This document shows, in pieces, positions 1-15,104 of a DNA stretch of 64,000 nt (within the stretch, counting starts at the first letter, position 1; each line of letters begins with the position of its first letter). Below the pieces are notes generated by a model. The model did no database searches and was not told the DNA's origin. It saw only the letters and a program-made list of their open reading frames with translations. Position numbers and translations under genes: made by a program. The DNA comes from the human T2T-CHM13v2.0 reference genome, Homo sapiens: NCBI RefSeq assembly GCF_009914755.1, contig NC_060926.1. One strand, written 5' to 3'.

Positions 1-5268
<5,268 letters not shown>

Positions 5269-5269
5269 C

Positions 5270-5620
5270 ATGTTTTGTTCTTATAAACAATGCTTTATTG
5301 AACACTTTCCTTCATAATTCCTTAGGCATATGTGGAAGAATTTCTTGAAAGTATACATTTGAAGTCCTGAGTTATAGATTAACTATATTATTATTATATG
5401 TTACTAAATTATTCCTTAAAGTGTACCAAGTTACCATCCTATGAGCAGTATATGAGAATTCTTATCTTCCCATACAAATTTTTATATTGTCAGACTTTTT
5501 CATTTTAGCCAACCTGATGAAGATGAAATCGTAACTAATTATTTTTCAATTTGTATTTCCCTGAAAACCAGTACGATCAAACTTTTCATCATTCATTTGC
5601 CATTTAGTCCTCTCCTATGA
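5270..5620 (-). mobile_element. Old L1M 3' fragment (probable host of the L1PA insertion)
   Basis: Degenerate L1M-like sequence ('ataaacaatgct...gtaccaagttaccatcc...cagtatatgagaattc...ttttagccaacctgatg...tttgtatttccctga'). Confidence 0.55.
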
Positions 5621-6540
5621 ATTTCCTTTAAAAAAAGAAAAGTCACATTAACATTTGAGGTCCCCTTATTCATTCAGTGTGAGTGTCTACTCTGTGGCAG
5701 GCACTGTCTGAACTCTGGAGATCTAGCAGGGAACAAAGCAAAGTCTCACAAGTAAAACAGATTTTTTAAAAGAAAATCTAGCAAGATGGTAAAGAGTGAT
5801 GCTTTTGGCCTTTTAGGATTCTATTAACTAGAACCCTAACGGCCAAGAAAAAAGCAATAAGTGCCAAGCACCTTTCCATCCTGCAGCCAGATGCTAGACC
5901 TTCCTGGGCAGGACTTGCTAAGAGATTGAAGCCACTGCCAGCATGAGCAGCCATCCACATGCCACCCATGAAAGGAACTGCTAAAGGCTGAGAGAAGCAT
6001 TTCTCCCTGGAAAGCCGTTCGCGTTCTGGGCATCCCACTAGTATGTTTATGAAGCTGGATGCTGTGGGAATGGATGCCATTGCTCAAGCACAATGTGTAG
6101 CATGGGAAGAGAGAAGAGAGTGGAGTACAGAACTTTCTGGAACCAGTACTGAAGAAGTGGACAAAGGTGGATAAGCCTGAAAAAGAAGACAGATGACTGG
6201 TCAAAGCAATGAGCAGGGAACCAGAGGACCAAGGTGTCACAGAAACCAAGAGAGGACAAGATTTCCAGAATAGTGGTAAAAAGCCACAGGTTTTAGAATC
6301 TTTCTGATCCAAGCAGGAATCCCGGTTCAGCCTTTAACTAACCATGTAACTTCACTTCTCCAAACCTCAATTTATTTATCTTAAAATGTGGTTAATAATG
6401 CATGTCTCATGTTGTTTTAGATGCTAATGAAAGATGAGATAATAAAGTTGCTTTGCGTTATGTCTAAAATAAATTCTTTTAAAAAATGAATTGTTTTATA
6501 AAGTAGAAGGAAATGATCAGATGTATTAAATGTACTAGAA

Positions 6541-7417
6541 CAGGAATTGGCAAACTTTTTCTGTAAGAATTTTAGGTTGTATATTTCATGAATCCTTCAT
6601 TGCGCTCCATTCTATTATATATGCATTTTTCATGTTAAACTGCAGTTAAACTCCTCCCCTATCCTTCTAAATTAACTTTGCGAAGTTGGAGTGTAGTCTT
6701 TTCCCCCTTAGGCTATGTGTTAATTGAGGCTTTTTTTTCACCCTGACTTTATAATTTTTAGTACACAATATTTCTACTCCCCATATCTTTGCTCTGCACG
6801 GTCACCTTGCCCCTCCCCCACCACCTAAGAAAAAACGATGGTCATATGGTCATGCCAACAGGTGAAGTGTATAAGGTGTCTGCATATTTTGTGTAACTTC
6901 AGAGTTAGATTGAAATTACCAGGCACAGATTTAGGCTTGTCATTTTGTTTACACATAGGGGAAAACAATTCCATTTATTAAACGTTTTGTGTAACTGCAC
7001 CACCCAAGTTTTGCCAAGCCGAAAACTTGGACCTTTTCTATTTAGTGACTTTTTAGTTTTAGTTTTCATAACCTGGAGATGAGGCCGTTGTTTTTGCATG
7101 ATGTATGTAGTGTCTCATAACTGGAGTTTGCTTTAGTTTTACAGTATCTGTACTCCTTGGATTTTTCAAGAGTTATTTTATAAACAGGTGATGTATTTCT
7201 CATTGAAAACACCATTTAAAAAAACAGCCAATCTCAAAAAAAAAAAAAAAAGAATTTTAGGCTCTGAGGACCATACAGTCTCCGTCTCAAAACTCTGCCA
7301 TTGTAGTGTGAAAGCAGCCATAGGCAGTATGAGTATGGCTGCATTCCAATAAAACTTTATTTACAAAAACAGGTGGCTGGTAGATTAGGCCCACAGGGTG
7401 TAGTTTGCCAACCTCTG
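6541..7417. mobile_element. MER58A-type hAT-Charlie MITE, split by a retrocopy
   Basis: TIR-like ends CAGGAATTGGCAAAC...GTTTGCCAACCTCTG; internal 'ttccaataaaactttatttacaaaaacaggtggc'; 8-bp TSD-like tactagaa/aactagaa. Confidence 0.8.
6577..7249 (+). pseudogene. Processed pseudogene fragment (5'-truncated 3'UTR retrocopy, parent gene not identified)
   Basis: Perfect 12-bp TSD aagaattttagg at 6565-6576 and 7250-7261; poly(A) at about 7236-7251; non-repeat, U-rich UTR-like body with no convincing ORF; interrupts MER58A cleanly. Confidence 0.8.
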
Positions 7418-9940
7418 AACTAGAAAAATACATTTAATAGTAGCCTTTCACTTCTAATGTGTTTGGTCAAGTAAAATAGGGACTGAACTGTGTTTACCGG
7501 ATTTGAGACTTAGGAGGTCACTTATTGAGAAGCTTTGCAGGAGAAGTTGCTGGGTAGTGATAAGTACAGAAACCTGATCTAGGCCTGTACAAATGAAAGA
7601 GAGGTAAATATGTGGACACCAGAAGAGTAGACACTTATTTCAAGGAACTTGACTTTAGATGGAAGGAGGTTGTGTAATTAAGAAGGGGTATCAGGTCCAG
7701 AGAACATATATTTTATGTTTCACTTTTTGTTTTTGTTTTCACCTGAGAGATACTTGAGCGTATTTATGGGCCACAAGGAAGAAGCCAATACAGAGGGCAA
7801 GAGTAAAGATGCAGGAAAAGGGCCTTTTTAAAAAATATCAAGAACAAAACAAAGGAAATAACCTATGAAACAAGGTGTCACCTGACCTTTTTAGTAGCAG
7901 TACACCTTAGGTATTGGGATAACGTCGAAGAAAGAATAGTATCACTTGCAGACTCTTGGGAAACTTTATTAAGCTCAAGATAGTATCTGGTGACATGGAA
8001 ACTGACAATATAAAGTAGCATTGCTGCCCCTAATAAAGGAGTAAGTACTAGCTTGAAAAGGTTAAGCTCTTCTCTACATTTTGTTATTTTCCTAATCAGT
8101 GTCCCTGTTACCATTAAATCTGTAAATATAATAACCAATAGATTCTTAAGAAAGACAGGAAGAACACATTTGCAGATTCATTCATTTCTAAAACAAATGT
8201 TTTCTGAGCAGCCACTATGAACTATACTCTTGTAGATGAGTACAGTGGTAACAAAGCCCTTGCACTCTTAGAGCTTACATGCTATTGGTCATGGATTCCA
8301 ATTTGGACACATTTGTCTTCGGAAGTCTCATCTTCCTGTGCCTTCTTCAAAACTTGAAGTGTCCAACATCCATTCACTCTACCAGCACATCTACAAATGA
8401 ATCTGGGTACCCCGATACCTTGGCACCAAGAGTAATACTTAGATTTCTACAAGTCTCTAATGCCTAGTACAAATAGATACAATATATACAAAATCAAAAT
8501 TACAGATAAGGGAAAGAAAAAGACCCCAGTTCTGTGACTACACAGGTATTACAGAAGAAAATGGAAGTCATCTCCATCAATAATTTTTTCCAGATCCTGT
8601 CCTAAATGTTTTATATTTATTATCTCATTTAATATACACATTAACTCTGAGGTTTTAGACACAAGGCAGTGGAGTCTGGGAAAGATTAGGCAACTTACTG
8701 GTCAGGGACAGAGTCTATACACTTTACCACTCTGCTGCACTGCCTCTCGCCTTACTCATCCCCACTTAAGAAAGTACACGGTGTCAGAATGCTCTACAAC
8801 AGTATCCTAGGGGAAGTAAGGTGAAGGTGCATATGAAATACCTGCTGAATTCAGACTTGACCTCTCAAGGTGAATACTCATGTATAAAACTCACCTCAAT
8901 TCCATTTGAATACCTTTTTAAGCCTAACGTAACTAAGAAGGCACAGGTGGGTTCAACATACTATATTTCGTTAATTCTAAGATGAACATTTTTAACATTT
9001 TAAGTCTCAAAAATCAAATCGTATCTTACCATCAATTAATAGCGTTATAGAACTGAATCATAATTTTATTGGCAACAATTTTTTCTTTCTTACAATTGAT
9101 GGTGTTTCTGACTCTATGAAATAGAAAGTAGATACCTTTGTGGGTGTAGGGGTTGGAGGTGTAGGGGGTTGGAAGTTGAAAGAGTTCCTGCCTTATAACT
9201 TTAGTTTTTTTCAGGGAGGGTGGACTGTAGGCCATCTTTTAGGGTGGAGGTGAATGGACACTGACACATTTGAGGAAGAAGGGTAAGATGCTTTATTTTT
9301 CTCTTCCCTATGCTACCCCTCTCCTCTCCTCTATCAATTTACGTGTCTTAGGACTTTGACCTCCTTAAGAATCTGCACTAATGTGTTTACTGTGGTGTTC
9401 CCAGTGCTTTGCACACTTTATCGTTTAGCACATGATACATTATCATGAAGTATTTGCATTAATGATGAATGAACATGTGAAGGAAGAAAGTTTGGAAGAG
9501 CAGGTGTGGAGAGTAGAAGAGGGAATTAACTAGAAACATGAATAAGGATTACTCAGGAGGTGGTTGCCCCATTTGAGATTCAAGACTATATACTACCAGT
9601 CTTCACTGTTGGATGATTCTTTTTTTCAATAGTTATTGCCATTTCATATATGAGAGTAAGAACCCTGGTGATTGAATTGATCCAGATTTGGGGATTTTTA
9701 GGGTGAGCTTCATAGAGAGGCAAAAGGCTGAGGATGTGGAGAGTATAGAGAAGAAAGCAAATTATCTAGTGTTGCTAGAATGCATATGTACTTGTTGACC
9801 TAGAATATATACTTATAGTTTTCATTGTTTCAAAACTACATCCAGCTTGTTTTTGCATCATTTCAAACCCTGGACTGTGTCCTGTTCTATATTCTTGACT
9901 AGAATGCCTTTAGTAACTGCTGTCTAGTGAATTTATTTTA

Positions 9941-10224
9941 TTTTTTGAAATTATTTTTTTAATTTTGATTTTTGTAGATTTAGAGGGTAAAAATGCAGTT
10001 CTGTTACATGGTTACTTTGCAAAGTATGAGCTTTTAATGTAACTATCACCCAAATAGTGTACATTGTACCTGTTAGGTAGTTTCTCATCCCTCACCTCCT
10101 CCCACCCTCCTGAGAAGTCTCCACTGTCTATTATTGCATGCTCAATGTCCATGTGTACACATTATTTAGTTCCTACTTATGAATGAGAATATGTAGTATT
10201 TGACTTTCTGTTTCTGAGTTATTC
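9941..10224 (-). mobile_element. L1MA/L1PB-type 3' end, 5'-truncated
   Basis: L1 3'UTR motifs ('atcacccaaatagtgtacattgtacc', 'gtccatgtgtacacattatttag', 'tgagaatatgtagtatttgactttctg'); TSD agtgaatt(t/a)atttta at 9926-9940 and 10225-10239. Confidence 0.85.
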
Positions 10225-10984
10225 AGTGAATTAATTTTAATAAACTTCTTTCTCTCAAAATAATATATGGATGAGAAAATTCTGAAAGTAGAATTTCTAT
10301 AAAATAGAAATTTAATATGTATAAAATAACCAACATTTGTGCTAAATTCATTAAAAAAGCCATACTTTTTCTGCCTCGCAAGTCACATGCAGACAGCTGT
10401 GTCATCTGAGTAACAAACTACAAACAGGGAACTTATGTGGAGAGTTTAATGTTGTAATGAAAGGAAATACAACAGTTATCCTGGTGCTAATTTAAAAATG
10501 AATGTTGCTGTTACTGTCCACAATCAGGCACATTTGATAAACTATAAAAACAACTAAATTAATGTAATGAATTGAATAGTTTGTATTATTATTGAAGAAT
10601 GATACTACACTCAGATCAGCTAAAGATGTGCATTTTTCAATAGCTGAATTCAGAGTACTTCACGATATTTGTTTTGAATAATGTAGAAAAACTTAAATTT
10701 GTCAATTCAAGTTAACTCAGTCAATTTTTAGTTTGGGGCATGTTCTTTGTGTTAAGGATTCAGTCCCAGTCAGGGTTCTCCCCTTGTGCCCCCTACTTCT
10801 CCCCGTGTGTAATGTAGATTCTCTGAAGAGACTTGTCATCTAGGTACCAGGAGGGGGACATTCAGTCCTAGTATTGTTCACTGTCTTTTCTAGACTCCAG
10901 CTTAGATAGGCAGCTGCTGTGAGGTACCTCAGAAGACGCTTCTGCCTTGACTCTGGGGGTCGTCATGACCCGTATGTTCTGGAA

Positions 10985-11180
10985 CACAGCTACTCAAATT
11001 GTGGTCTGTGGACCAGCAACATCAGCATCCAGTCTTGCCTGTGAGAGTGTGGGAAATGCATGTTCTTAGGACATACCCCGGACCTAGCGAATCAGAATGT
11101 CTGGGAGCAGTGCTCAGGAATCTGCATTTTAAGAAGCTCTGTGGGTGACTCTTATACACCCTAACATTTGAGAAGCTTTG
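10985..11180. mobile_element. MER5A-type hAT-Charlie MITE
   Basis: 'ctcaaattgtggtctgtggaccagcaacatcagcatc...gaatcagaa...aggaatctgcattttaa...tttgagaagc' matches the MER5A pattern. Confidence 0.75.
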
Positions 11181-12045
11181 TTCTAGAAGATTTTCTAACA
11201 TCCACATGAGCAATCATGATGAAATTTTTGTTGTAATGAGTGGTAATTATGGTTACAGATAAACAAAAGGTTCATTGGGCACAGTGAGTATAATGATGGA
11301 ATACTGACCTAGGTGAGAATAGAGTGGCTGTTGCAGAAAAGGAGGAGGGTTGGGTGGCCATAGGGCATGATAAAAGCAGAAGGTACCTGGGGTCATGGAA
11401 TTGATAATAAAGAGAATTGGGAATGAATTGAAGGACGAACATGTTTTAGATGCTTGTCATTATAAGGGGTTACTATTTGCTTTTGGGCTAAGTCTAATTT
11501 TGGTTCTCTTAAAAAGCCAAAAGGAGGCAATTTGCAGACATTTAGAGGGTTAGGTAAGTTCTTCACCTAGAACGATATTAATCAGCTTCTAGATATTTCC
11601 TGTACTGGTATGAGATTTCTTTTCTGATGTCTGAGCAGATCTGGATCTTCTTCCTCATCCCCCAAATGCGCACACACCTAAACACCGTTTTTTGTGTCTG
11701 CATAATCATAGATTTGCTTGAATAAGGTCGGGGGAGTGATCTGACCTCTTTATTACCTCGACTGAGCAGCAGTGATTGACAGTGTTGAGATTTAGTTACA
11801 AATAATTATTTCCTTTGGGGTAGCTCAGTGAGCAGATGCTTCTTTTAGAGGCCATTGGTGGGAGTGTTAAACAACAAGCTGGCCCAATTTTTCAAAGAAA
11901 AATTTTTTATAGAAACTTTATAAGCATTACGTATTATGTTCTTGCAATGTGCAAAAGAGATCCTTTTGGAAAATGACAATCAGACCTTAGTGCGGCTTAG
12001 GAACAAAAGACAGTAGTCTCACAAGAGAGGGAAAATGTAATAGAT

Positions 12046-12521
12046 TGCTACAGAGACAGACAGTCCTCCTTGGGCTTCTTGTGCTCCCAGACATCTTGCT
12101 ACATGAGCCATACATGTAAGGCCCTGATCATTCTTTATGTGGGCCATTTTTCAGGGTTCTGGTGAGCAACCTTGAAGAATGAGTTACTGTTTCCCTTCAG
12201 GACCAAGAGCAGGTTTAGCAGATTTGCTTACTACTTGCTATAGAAGTGGTAGATCATCTAAGCTCAGCGTTCTTTCCTGTAACACAATCCACTGTGAAGG
12301 CAAGTGTCCTTGGGCCCTCTGCATTGCCCCTGTGGCAATGTGGGACAAAGGAGAACTGATGTAAATGTCCTGGTGATTATGCTGCTTTGCTATGCTGTAA
12401 GTAACATAAGTCTTCTGTCTCTAACCCACGAATCTCATGTCTTCTGCCAGCATCCATGATACAGTAAGAGATTACTTTATTAGTTTGTATGTAAACTAAA
12501 ATCAAATTACAAATCCGACCA
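12046..12521 (+). mobile_element. Solo LTR, LTR40 family (ERVL)
   Basis: Matches recalled LTR40 blocks: 'gacagtcctccttgggc', 'ctaagctcagcgttc', 'tgtctctaacccacgaatctcatgtcttctgccagcatccatga', 'ttagtttgtatgtaaactaaaatc'. Confidence 0.7.
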
Positions 12522-13297
12522 TTGTATGGTGAACGTTAGAGAGCTTTGGGTCTCTTAAAAGGAATTTGTTCAAGGGTTTCCTGCAGTAGGGTGTTAGGAA
12601 GGGAGCAAAGGCTAGAGGCGGTAGTAGTATTTAGGATCAGGAAATTGCACAGTAAATAAAAGTATTTGAGGGGGTGTTTCATGTCATAGGTAAGTATACA
12701 CATACACGTATACCTGTTATGGGGACAATAGCCCAAATTGGTTTAGATAAGAAAGGACAGTGTTTCTTTTCTAATAACTCTATTAACCTTGCATTTAGGT
12801 GAGTATCAGTTGTTCTGAGGAGTGATAAATAGTGCCACAGCATATCCCCGTAATCTGTGCAAATGGCCCAAGCAGTCAGATGGCATACTTTACTGCCAAG
12901 GTGAACGATGCTTGTTTCCTTTGTGGTGGCAATGACATTTGCTACTTATTAAACTTTTTTTCCCTTCTCAATGTATCTTTAGGCCAAAGTCTCTAACATT
13001 TGCTTTTCCGTATCACTGAAGGATGCAAAAATCTGGGGTAAAGAATGTTCAAGTGAAAGAAGAAGGAGTTAGTAGTACAGGGGTGTGGAAGGCAGCTGGT
13101 GAGAGAGATGGTCCAAGGTGAGAGAGATGGTCCAAGGTAAAGGATTGTACAGCTGTCATATATGTTATTGTCCTTATCCAGCTGTTTTCCCACCCCTGGA
13201 TTTGTTGGATGACTCCTCCAACAGTGAAGGTAGAAACACATTCCACAGCCATGTGAATTCCAACTTCGGAGAAAGGTGAGCTACAGAACAGTTCTAA

Positions 13298-13312
13298 TAT
13301 AAACTGATGTCA
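13298..13312 (+). promoter_or_regulatory. Candidate TATA box and CRE-like site upstream of the alternative start exon
   Basis: TATAAA at 13298-13303 and TGATGTCA at 13305-13312 (one mismatch from CRE TGACGTCA), about 180 nt before the ATG. Motif match only. Confidence 0.25.
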
Positions 13313-13481
13313 TGAGATTCTAGAGTCTGCTGTCATCACATTCTGTGTTATTGCCATGTTAACTCCACATGCAGCTTGAGCATTCAGTCTTCTGACCTGT
13401 TCCACCTCTACAGGGCATTTTATGGCTTAAGGATGACGGCCTAGAAGGGAAGGGAGAGACTTACTTTGGATTAAATTTACA

Positions 13482-13498
13482 ATGGGAAAGTGCTTAAG
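13482..13498 (+). CDS. RMDN2: RMDN2 alternative isoform, first coding exon part (MGKCL-S)
   Basis: Strong Kozak acaATGG; ATG GGA AAG TGC TTA AG followed by consensus donor gtaagc; AG+C from the next exon gives Ser, in frame with the long ORF. Confidence 0.85.
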
Positions 13499-14135
13499 GT
13501 AAGCCTTAGAAAAAAACTTCAACATGTGCTAAAAGAACATTGAAAATATTCATAAACGAAGCTTTAGTGCTCTCCTTTGTTTCCCATAATAACTGGATAT
13601 CCTGGACTGTCCAGATATTCACTTGAAACATTCTCCCCAGAGAGATTGTGCTTCATCCATGGTTAATATTTTAAAATACAATTAGTCAACAGAATATAAG
13701 TTTATTCTCCTTAACTCATTTAAATACAGTAGTTAGTAATCTCCAACAGATATTGTGGTTTATTACCTTTAAAACCAGTTCTATCTTTTCCTTTGGGAAT
13801 CTTTTTGTTCTGGTATCCTTGCATATGTTTCCCCTGATCTTTCTTTCTACCTGCTTCCCTGATTTTTTCAACTTCTCTTCCCAAGGTTTAATAGAGTGGG
13901 TAGGTACTGTGTAGGTAGAGATAACCTCTTAGACTCCCGCATTCTTTTGGGTACATCTGTGTGACCATTAACTTAAGCTCCCCTATTCTTCTTATTCCCT
14001 GCTGTTTTCATATTAGTATGGAAACAATACCAATTGGTGGACACCAAAAGGTGGATATTATTCTTCAGGAGGCTTGGCAGGTCTCCACTCTGCTCCCTAT
14101 TTTTTTTCCTCATTTGACCCTTTTCTCACTCTTAG

Positions 14136-15104
14136 CTGCTGCAAAGAGGACCAGAGCTTCCAACGATGTTCTCCAGAAGATCAAGTTAGTACAGACGCCC
14201 AGCATCGTGGAGCCTCTTCTATTTCACAACCAAGTATATCTCTTGGTCATAAAACATCTTATTCCCCTGTAACACATAAAGTCAATGCAGCCAAAGCAAG
14301 TAGAAGGTTATTATCTGTATCAAGTCCATCTTTCTCTGAAAGAAGATATTCTTTATTTGTTGGATTTCAAAAAAGAAATGCTTCCCCTTACTGGCAACAA
14401 AGTAGAGCTAACTTTGATTCTGAAGAAGACACAGGCTTCACTGATATAAAATCTTCCTCAGACCATTGTGGTAGCTTTATTTCCCGCAGAAGACGTTTCT
14501 CATCCCGTAAACTAAGTATAGTTTCCTATTACAAGAGTGCCATTTTTTTTGATCCTCAAGCAAGTGGCCAGAATGTGTTTAATCTAAATGAAATCGAAAT
14601 CTTTTCTAAAACTTCAAGTAATACTGATGCTAAAAAACATATAACCATCTCTGCTCCTGAATATAACACTAAAAATTTTAAGAATTTTGAAACAAACACT
14701 ACTTCTCCAGCCTTTGGGAACACTATTGATACAGCCTCCTATCAACAAAGCACATCATCCTTCTTTTCTCTTGCAAGTGATATTTCCTCTCCCGATCAAC
14801 AAAATGGAATTGCCAATGATATTCAACAAAGGGGCCAATTATGTAAAGATTTAAAAGATTTCCTTCATCCTCGTCCTGAAAGTTACAGCACAGATCATTC
14901 TCCAATCATGATTCCACAGCATCCCTCTCAAAGTGGAACTTTCCCATTCCTCCATAAAGCTGGATTTTCTTCATCTTATAAAAATTCTGGTTGCTTTATC
15001 CCACCTCAAAGCGAATTAACTTCAGGCCTGTTTGAAGATGAAGACTTTGCTGTCTTGTTTCAAGATGAAGACAGATCTTCACCTATTGAAATTCCTAAAA
15101 TAAG
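14136..15104 (+). CDS. RMDN2: RMDN2 alternative large exon, Ser-rich, probably disordered (CCKEDQSFQR...PIEIPKI-R)
   Basis: Polypyrimidine tract and cttag| acceptor at 14135; 969-nt open, non-repeat frame inside ORF 14074-15195; ends AG|gtcacc in phase 2, which joins exon 36944 in frame (AG+G = Arg). Confidence 0.85.

Noticed and set aside
5778-6312. 100-158 aa minus-strand ORFs
   Set aside because: They overlap degenerate L2-like sequence and show no protein-like features.
14074-14135. Start of the 373-aa ORF in the track (MAGLHSAPYFFSS...)
   Set aside because: The start codon is TTG and the segment is the polypyrimidine tract of the acceptor; the supported start is the spliced ATG at 13482.
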